From positions 372,001 to 436,000 of the forward strand of contig NW_026782129.1 in the NCBI RefSeq assembly GCF_031769215.1: a stretch of DNA of 64,000 nucleotides. Direction: 5' to 3'. Origin of the DNA: Ylistrum balloti. Taxonomy: Eukaryota. The notes beneath the pieces are model-generated. The model was not told the origin of the DNA. It worked only from the letters and a program-made list of their open reading frames with translations, and did no database searches. Below are positions 51,901 through 61,700 of this stretch, piece by piece. A program made the position numbers and the translations under genes. The stretch's first letter is position 1. Each line of letters starts with the position of its first letter.

Positions 51901-54900
51901 AAGGTCAAGTGAAATTTACTATGGTAAGCAAATTTTATTACAATGAGAAAGCAAAGAACAATAAACAGTACCAGTCCTTGACAAAGAATCTGGAGTTGAA
52001 CCTCATTATATAAATACTCACAAATCATCAGCCTCCTTATCCAGTCTGTTGAATAGTTCCTCCCATGCCACAACCTCATCTTCTAGCCTGAAAGAAAAGA
52101 GAAATCAATGTGAAAATGACACATGAGCTAGTTATCTTCCTGAAATCATAAATCGATCAAATCTGTGCTAATGGAAGACTAATTTGGTACAGGACACACC
52201 ACCTCACCCAGATGAAGCCATACCACAAGTTTGAAGTTCTAGTGACAGCTGGTGTAGGGAATGGAGCCTAAATAATGGTAGGTTAAAGGTCCAAATAAAG
52301 GTGACAGTGACCTACCTTTGACACATGACACACCCCAACACATGAAGTTCCAGTTGTGTTGGAGATAGTTCCCAGGCAAGACAAAATTGTGTAGGACACA
52401 ACACAAAACTTCCAATGAGAACCATTGGGTAAACAACAACAAATAAGTGGTAGTGAAAATGTCATTCTGTATTAAATGTTGCTCAGAGGAATGAGATGTT
52501 GACCTTCTTTCAAGGTCATAAGGGATAAATATATTAAATTATTGAATTAAAATCGTTTGAATAAGCAAGAAGCTGCAGGTTATGATTATTGAACAGTAAC
52601 ATAAGACAAACATCAAATGCCAAATGAGATTTTCTCTTAATGTTTTGAGGAACTGGCAAATGACACAAGACAAATGGGTCTAGAATCTCTTAATTTTTCA
52701 AATGTTTATGCTGATTGTCTCAAAAAGACCATCTCATTTTCAAAGATGTTTCATACAAAATAAGAAGCCTAAACAGCCTGCACTTCATATCTGTGTATGT
52801 ACTTCAACAATGCTAGAGGTTTATAGAGTGAAAATCTTACGAATGGCGACTTTTCGCAGTCAGTAAAATAACATCAGATATTTAATCTGCTGGCTAGCAC
52901 CCTCTTCTATTATAGAAGTACTGCATATGTTGCCCCAGTCCTATAGGAAGCTAAACTCTTTGCATGAATGAAGTTAAACCCAGACTCCTAGGACTAGGAA
53001 TACTTCATAGGAAATAACCTGTGAGTTGGTTTGACAATATGAGTGGAGATTTTAACAATTTGACCACGAGACTTAGTGTTAAAAGTGAGACCAGAGGTTG
53101 AGAATTATCATAGCATAATTATAAATTTTCTCAAGGAGTGGAAACCTCAACTGTAATGATTATGCAATGATATAAAAAAATTCGCTCAAATTGTTGCTTT
53201 CAGTTTACTCTTTTCAACTTCATTAAAACATACCGCTTGATTCTAGCTTGCACTTCTACGATTGTCTGATCCATCTCTAGGTTGATAGGATTTGGAACAC
53301 ATCTTTAAATAAAAAGACAGCAACATGACAACATTGGTTCATTATACCTGTGTAAGTATCAGTCGTACTGAGAATCAGGAATGAGGTGAAAGTTGTTAAA
53401 AATTTGAGAATTTTTATAAATAAGTAAATAATGTCTAAACATATACTCAACATCGAACACCATCTGCAAGGTTTTTATCCTTATTTTCTTCAGACACTGT
53501 TTAAAAATGAGATCTTTGCTTTATGCAGCCTTTGTGAAAATGATATGCAATCACATTCTAGTAACACTATTATAAGAAACAATGACCTTGTGTATTTGGA
53601 CTACAAATTGCTTCTGTTAACAGATCCAATAGTTTTCATTTCTCTCATTCAGTTTCCACTTTCAATATGTTTATCTTAAACATACCGCTTATTTTCAGAT
53701 GCTCGTTTGAAAACTCCTGCCTTCTCCATCTCTGCCACCTGATATAATACAGCTTCCTCCACTGCAAAGACAGCAAACTCAGAACAACAAAAAACTACAC
53801 CAACACAGTACAACTAAATTAGTATATAGAGGATATTAATGGTATCTCATATACTTCATACGGAAATATGTATGATAATGAATGGGAAACCATTTAGTTT
53901 TCATACATTTTAAAATGAGAAACAAATTTTAGAAAAGCTCATCAAAGCCTACATAAACTGATGTCCAAAGTACTTCAGGAAATATTAGCACATTCTGTTA
54001 TGTTGGATAGATATGACGTTATACATGATAACAAGACGACGCCATTTTGAATTTTATACTACCATTTTATCCACGTAAGAATCACAAGTTACAAAACTAT
54101 ATTACAAACAAATTATAGAAATCCTGAAATGTATGCAAAGAAAGATTTGATGGTAAACCAACTTTATCAAGCTTTGCTCCATTTGCAAGAAAGCAATGCT
54201 CTGATTGGTCAAAACTACAAAAGTTATACCATCACTTGAAGAGTTATGATGATGTTAAGATTTCTTGTATCATCACTGTTTTATCAGACTGATAAATTCC
54301 TTATAATATTTAACAGGTAAAAATGTTATAAAAAACAATTTCTGCTGACAAACTCCTAGAGATTTTGACAATTTGTTTTTATTCTTTAAATGTTTTCTGA
54401 TAGATATTCATCATAATAAATAATAAATAAATAAGCACCATATGACCAATCTTTGAAGCAATACTGACCTTGTAAGGGGAAGAAAAACACTGATATGCAC
54501 AGGATAGTGACACGGATCTCCGACAAATGGGCATCAGAAGTAGGAGATATGTGACATATCTATCTTTTTTAGGTTTGTGAGAACATAAATTCGACAACAG
54601 TAAACCATTCAATAATGTGCTAAAAAAAGAGATTACTAATAAAATTACTTACTTTCCTTTTTCAGAGACTGGAAATCCTCAATGTCTGTCAATTCTTCTT
54701 CCAATTTTTGTAAAGTGTACTACAATGGAATTTGTGATCAAACTAAGAAACTGTGTTACTGAGGACTGTCAAAACAGGAAAATTCTTATAAATTCTTTAT
54801 AGTACCAAAGCAGTAGAATGTTTCCAAATTCACAAAGTATATCATTGTATGGAGATCAGAACTGGTATCAATGTCCTTGGTCCAAAGATAGGAGATATCA

Positions 54901-56071
54901 AATTTGGTGTTAGATCTGGCATGTTATATTCATATTTGTGAATTACCAATTTCAATCGGGGATATTACCTGCACTTAGAACTCAGAAAGTACATTTCATA
55001 GATACCAAACTCCAAATTAAACCTTAGAACAACAAGTTGAAAAGCTAATATTGATTATTTGAGACATGTAGGTTTCATGTTTGACTATTTAAAATGTACT
55101 TCATGGGCAGTTATGAATCTATACTTTCTTATTTTCTGTTTAATGTGTCTTTTAATTCAATATACAGGTGTACAATAATCACAAGGATATTAGGATATTA
55201 GCCAGACTATTCATTAAGTGTTCTTACCTGAAGGCATGCTTTAGTCAATAATGCTAATCTCTCATCAGGAGGTTTATCAACATCTATAGATTTATATAAA
55301 TCTGTAGGAGAAAAAGACGAAGAAATACTTTATATCTTGTTAACTTTACATCAGCTGAATTCACTAATAATTAATATGGTATGATATGAGTTTGCATTAT
55401 TTCATAATAAAACTGAATAAACAACATGGTTGAACAAACAAAGGCCAAATTTCATATCAATTCAAGTAGTGAAAACTTACCAAGCTACGAAGTTAAGCAA
55501 AAAATGTGTGGTAAAAAAACTAGATTTCAAATTCAATAAATGTAGTTAAAAACCAATAAAAATACACTGGTATTACTTTCTGATCACCTGGCAAACTTTT
55601 GGATTAAGGCACACTTTTGAGACAGTCATTGGTAAATTGTCAATTTAGCCCATTATTTGATAATCAGAGATACCCATATATTTCATATAGCACTCAAAAT
55701 CATTGAGAAAACTACAAGTGCAAATTGAGAAAAATCCCTCCCATTCCTTTTTGAGAGCCTCCTATATTCATGATTACTCCCTCTGCTATCAATTTTTGGG
55801 CAAGTTAAGCAAAAATACTTATACTGAACTAGCTTGAATATCTGAAAACAATTCAATATGATGATGTGGTAAAAATAAACAAATGGTGGCAGAATACTAT
55901 TTATCCTCAAAATCATTAAAATGATAAAAGACATGTGAATAATTGGTTATCAATTTGTTCTACGGTTATTATACCTGCTCCAAAGGCCCCAGATTGTTGA
56001 AGCTTGGCACGACCAGCAGCAAAACTTGACCGCCTTTTGCTGACACGTCGTTTCTTGGCACTTTCACTCAT
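48957..56071 (-). CDS. DSN1: DSN1/Mis13-like kinetochore (MIS12 complex) protein, 252 aa, 9 coding exons
   Basis: Exons 56071-55975, 55301-55228, 54719-54653, 53761-53686, 53302-53234, 52087-52022, 50724-50583, 49648-49561 and 49036-48957 total 759 nt with consistent phases. Features matching DSN1: basic RRVS/RRSS motif, DLYKSIDVDKPPDERLALLTKACLQYTLQKLE (cf. human ELSRSISVDLAESKRLGCLLLSSFQFSIQKLE, recalled), VPNPIN, a coiled coil with W.ELF, and C-terminal TPRRLI. Family assignment is by recalled similarity. Confidence 0.82.
51224..51805 (+). mobile_element. Interspersed element with internal subrepeats of about 130 bp, in a DSN1 intron; same family as 62520-62932
   Basis: AACAAGAGATCCATGAGGGATCTTGGCATC...AAAGTTGGATCTTTTC...AAGAAATTTGAA aligns by eye to the reverse complement of 62800-62932. 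TTTTCTGATCAG(A/T)CC recurs internally. Confidence 0.7.
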
Positions 56072-56199
56072 TATGCTTGTTCTGAAATAAACAAAGTTAA
56101 ACGTAATTTTATATTGATATGTTTAAATAGGCGTATGTGTATGGCAAATAAACTTCTAAATCGCTAACATTTTCAGGATTTGCAGCCATCTCCAGGCGA

Positions 56200-56965
56200 G
56201 TACATTGATGTTATAGGTACGCAACATCATAACATTATGATGTAATGCTATTGTCAAATATCAGGGGATTTAATCAATTTAATGTTTGTTGTGTTCTGAC
56301 ATAAACTTTATTGTGCGTTTAGTGAAAGGTTTAGCAATTTAGAACTTCTTTTGACATTATCGGAGATCTCAACAGCTCAATACGTCTCTGGAGATATTAT
56401 CTACATCACAACTCATTTGTCAATACAATCACTCTATTATTTATACTTGTTGAAAAGACAAACAAAATGTGTCACTGAGTTGTTGACCACAAGATTGTAA
56501 ACAAATCATGCAAACATAAACATATTTTTGACGGACCGATTTTTGACAACAAATTCGAATTTCCCGCTAACTTTCTAACGGAATGAGAATCGTGCAATAT
56601 ATACATATATCATACAAAATCGTCTATATGAACGCAAAAAATCAAAGTGTAAACATAGCAAATATTTGTGAAGACAATATACTACATCTTTCAGTGATTG
56701 TGGTGAAATTGGCAAATAGCTTACTGTTGGAGAAAAAGTCAACGATAATAATCGAACTCTTTTGTCTTAGAGGTAAATATTTTAGGTCAATTTCAGGATC
56801 TTTGAAATGCTTGACGGCTATGTCGTAATTCAATCATTTAAAGAGTCCTGGTTGTAATGGAAAAAGAACCTCAAAGCACTGGAATTTCTACCTTTGATCT
56901 ATTTTCGATTTCCTAGAGATACTAATCGCTACAATTTGATTAGTGAGGAGCAGAGTTTAACTGGT
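56200..56965. promoter_or_regulatory. Putative bidirectional promoter between DSN1 (-) and MVB12 (+), containing an E2F/CDE-CHR-like element at 56554-56567
   Basis: Head-to-head genes with local CpG enrichment. The minus strand reads GCGG-GAAA-TTCGAA. A candidate MVB12 5'UTR donor CTG|GTAAAT lies at 56963 and an acceptor tttcag| at 58691. Confidence 0.55.
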
Positions 56966-58715
56966 AAATGACAAGTAGCACTGGTTGATTTTTTCCAGAA
57001 AACGTTTTATTTGAAACTCGTATATATAAGCTTAACTTCCTTGTTTACTTTTGTCAGGGACATTATCTACGTCCCTGCTTTTGTCGACTGTAGACTGGTA
57101 GAATCAATTGTATGAATGTGATTATCATGTGGATTATAATAAGTTCTCAAATAAGTGTGATCTGGCTCATTGTGTTTTGTCCTAAATAAGTGTTGTTAAT
57201 TTGTACAAGTAATTATTGAAATTGAACCTGTTGGGGTGATTGGAAGAAATGCATTTGTCTAGATGTTCTGTTAGTGTTACGTTGTCACGCAATAACAATG
57301 GGAAAAATACATTTCTGCTGAGTGCTGTTTTTTTTCCCTGAGAATTCCTAAAAATGTCAACTGAGATTCTACAACATCATGTACACACTCCACGGGATAT
57401 CAAGATCATTGTGACAAAAGACATATTCCAAAATATTATAACATTCTTTAGACCTTTATATAATCGGATTGGAGTTGATGAATCTCAGAACTCCTGCCTT
57501 ACATAAAGTGAGGGAAAAAGCCACCAGCGCCTGAGTCAGTATTCAAATGATAATTGTGAAAAGAAATTGTCATTTTCACATGCACATGAATGATCTGTTC
57601 TTTATCTACAGTATTTCCAGACATGTCATGAGCCATATTCCTATACACTCCCTAAACATACATTTTCCCCACTGAACTCTGTTTTAATTTACGTTTGTGT
57701 TAGCCATGCCTCCTTTAGTCACATGCTTATATAGTCGTGCCACTTCTTATGCATACACAAACATTCAGACAATTAATGTATGCAAAGAAGTCATGCACTC
57801 CATTTTTCCACTTCACCTGTACCGTAGGATGTAGCCATTTATCAAGATTATGACTATGAAATAATTCATCTAAGATTGAAAAAAACAGTGAATGTTATCT
57901 GAGAACATTTGTTTTCATAGTAAAACTAAGCTGAAAGTGTGTGTTTATATTTGTCTGAGTTTTTGTAATAATTTTGTCATAACTTTTTGAGAAATAACTT
58001 GCGTATTGTGAGATCTGATTAAGTCACATTGTTGAGGTCCTGCCCTAATGTCAATCAGAATGTGGGTAGATGCAGAAAAAGTTTATATATATTTTTGCTC
58101 TGAACTTCGAATCATGACATTGGTATCAGTATCCATGTACAATATGCATGTGAAAATAACAGTTTCTTTTCACTATCATCATTCAAATGCTGACCCAGGT
58201 GTGGGCTGCTTATTTCCTTCACTTTAAATAAGGCTGGAGTTCTGACATTCATTGACTCCAGCCCGATACAAAAAAGTGATAGCATGTCAGAATAATTAGG
58301 ATTACAAAATACAATGCTTACTTAGCATAGTGACAGGGGCTCCATACATGCTCCTTTACAAGTAATAGTTAATTTTATGATGGAGATAGGTCAGTTTGTA
58401 TGGTGTTGGCCTATGTAACCACAGATGAAACGAGGGAGGAGGAAATAAGTGGATCACTATAAAATACAGAACTTCAGATATCAGTAACAGTTTGTGTATC
58501 TCAGGAAGCTGAGATACAGACTGGTCTGTGCTGATGTTTTTTCACCCTAATTGCCCTGAATGGCATATGGCAGGGCTTCTGTATGTTATTTAGTAAGGTA
58601 GCCAGCTTCTCCTTCAAGGAGATCCCACCTGAAAATGACCCTGAGATAAACCCAGCAAACAAAAAAGAAACTTATTTTATTTCTGTTTCAGTGCTTGATA
58701 CTATAAAGCTTTAAG

Positions 58716-61700
58716 ATGTCAAACAGTGACTGGCCGATCACTTCTGTCACTGTGGTGACAGATCCATCAAAATGTCCAGCAGGATTCACCATTGTAAGTG
58801 CATTGTATAACACAATATCATCTCTGTTTAATGTCTTTTTTCAATTATCTCTTTCATTGTATATTACTACATATCATTGCCTACTACTGGGTATTTCAGA
58901 GAGTATAGCAGTGGCCGAGTGATAAAGTCTGTAACTGTCTTTATCATTGGCACTTCTCCTGTTTTACTTCACCACCAAAACCTGGCATTTCCTTAAAAGA
59001 CTGTGGCAGTTAAAAGGACGTTAAGCAACAGTAATTCATAAAAAAGTCACTTTTTCAGAGAGAAATCACAAATTGTTTATAAGAACATCACTTCAATATC
59101 TTTATCATCCATCATCTTGTCTTCCCTGTGAATTAAAGAGAAAAAATGTTTTAGTACTTACCATAGATATTATTCTGCTCATTGCTGTTCACAATCTATG
59201 AACACTGTGTTATGGACTGGATGTGAGTGCACTGCAATTAGATCACTGTGACTGTCACCTCAAAAACAATAGTCAAACAGGCGTCATAGACTTTTTCAGT
59301 AGTAAGATGTAGTGAGGTCAGAGGTAAAGGTGAACTTGCATATTGTAATATGAAGCAAAGTTATTCAAACCTAAGTGACAAGTGTCTTGTCAAATAGATA
59401 AGGTCAAATTACTTGACTGATACACAGATGATTGGAGTTGGGCGAAGAGTCATTCCATTACCAATCAAGATCAAGGTTATGGGTCATATATTAAAGTCTA
59501 ATTTATTTCTTTACTTGTAAATGTTTTGTAACAAAGAGGAAATATAATCATGTCAGGTTAAAGGGAACACCTATATTTGGCCACAAAAACAATTTCTTAT
59601 TTAATTTTGTTATTCTGTTGATTTCTACCTTTGGTATTAGGTAGTTGCAGTTAAAACTCATTTACCATATTCAACTCTTAAAATGCTCATGTTCCTATCA
59701 ATCTTCTCCCCACTTACAGGTTTCCAACACAACATTCAGGCCAGTTTTGGTACTCACCATTCTACACAAGAAGATTTTTAAGTCTGTTTGAACAAATTTG
59801 GTCTCTCAGCAACAGAAGAATATAAATGTATCACCAATACAACTTTACAACAACAATTTTACTGTCAACCATAATGTGAACTGTATCTGTCATGAATGAT
59901 TCTGGTCTTGTCAAAAATAGGCCTATTAAGTCCCTTTTCATTTTATATTTTTTTTAGCCCCCTGGACACTTAAAAGAGTCAAATATGGTAAATAATTTCC
60001 AGACTCTGATCATGATATTTCGATATATGCAGAAGGTTTCTACTTGGTATCTATTTTTATTAATAATGAATATGAACGTATGTGGGACATGTATTTTTGT
60101 AATTAGTATATATAAACAAGGAATACAAAATAGCAACAACAATAAACAAAAATATTTATGCTCCAGGATTTACTTTTTGGGGTGGGGATATGATTAAAGT
60201 CTTTGTCTTTACTGTCTTTAGTTTGGACTGTTAAAGAAAATTGAAAAGTAAGAAATCATTGTGACATAGACTTCATAAAATGAATGTCAGATAATTCATG
60301 CAACTATAAAACATTGTACAACAGAAGTATTTTGAATTGAGAAAATATGAAACCAAACTTAAAATATAGCTGGAAAGCAAAGTATGGAATATGTCTTCAT
60401 CAACAACAATTGATGTTTTTTCAGATTGACAAAACATATGACAAGAGAGATGATGCTGACCTGTGGAGGGATGGGTACTTTGGGAAGCGTATATGTCGCT
60501 ATATGTGTGTGGAGAGATCTGCACCCTCAATAGTAAGCAAGACTGAACTGTAGCTATGATTTAGATGTAGGACTAATCTTAGATTAAGTTGTAATATTGA
60601 ACAACATCATGTGGAACTGTAGATATGCTTTAGATGTAAGACTTAAGTATAGCTAAGATTAAGGTGTAGAATTGACATGTAGCTAGAATTTTATTGTGAG
60701 ATTGACATGTACTTGTATTATTTGGTTATATAACACTGTAATAGAGCTATGACTGAAGTGTAGTTAAGGTTTAGTTGTATAAATGAGCTGTAGCTTTGAT
60801 TTAGTGGTACATGTTCTTTGAACATGGTGAAGTCTAGCTACAGTGCTGTAATGTTTTAGTGTAAAGTTGAATTCTAAGCTGCTGTACTGCTGTAGCAGTA
60901 AATTAGTTGTATTACCGGGTATGTACTGTTAAATTCTAGCTGCTGTACTGTTTTAGAATAAAGACGTACTTGTAGATGTAGCAGTGATTCAGTTGTACTT
61001 TGTACATGTTAAATTCTAGCTGCTGTACTGTTTTAGAATAAAGACGTACTTGTAGATGTAGCAGTGATTCAGTTGTACTTTGTACATGTTAAATTCTAGC
61101 TGCTGTACTGTTTTAGAATAAAGATGTACTGGTAGATGTAGCAGTGATTCAGTTGTACTGTGTACATGTTAAATTCTAGCTGTTGTACTGTTTTAGAATA
61201 AAGACGTACTGGTAGATGTAGCAGTGATTCAGTTGTACTGTGTACATGTTAAATTCTAGCTGTTGTACTGTTTTAGAATAAAGACGTACTGGTAGATGTA
61301 GCAGTGATTCAGTTGTACTTTGTACATGTTAAATTCTAGCTGCTGTACTGTTTTAGAATAAAGACGTACTGGTAGATGTAGCAGTGATTCAGTTGTACTG
61401 TGTACATGTTAAATTCTAGCTGTTGTACTGTTTTAGAATAAAGACGTACTGGTAGATGTAGCAGTGATTCAGTTGTACTGTGTACATGTTAAATTCTTGC
61501 TGTTGTACTGTTTTAGAATAAAGACGTACTGGTAGATGTAGCAGTGATCAATGATAAAGATCCGATTCCTGCTGGTTTTACCTGTATAGACTCCACCAGT
61601 GATTCTCGTGAGTACACAACACAGTAACAATGATGACCATTATGTATCATCGATGTACAACAATTGGTATTGCTATGTATTATATATGCATTCTACCCTT

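Noticed and set aside
56082-56190. Upstream ATG (MAANPEN|gttagc) as the DSN1 start
   Set aside because: The phase-0 donor joins exon 56081 out of frame and stops (TGA) just past the ATG at 56071. At best it is a uORF.
58895-58950. Imperfect inverted repeat with an A-box-like TGGCCGAGTG in MVB12 intron 1
   Set aside because: The stem is short and gapped with no B-box, which is not enough to call an ncRNA.
1420-61548. CRISPR-like appearance of the regularly spaced repeats
   Set aside because: The units are contiguous with no unique spacers, there are no cas genes, and the context is eukaryotic with introns.
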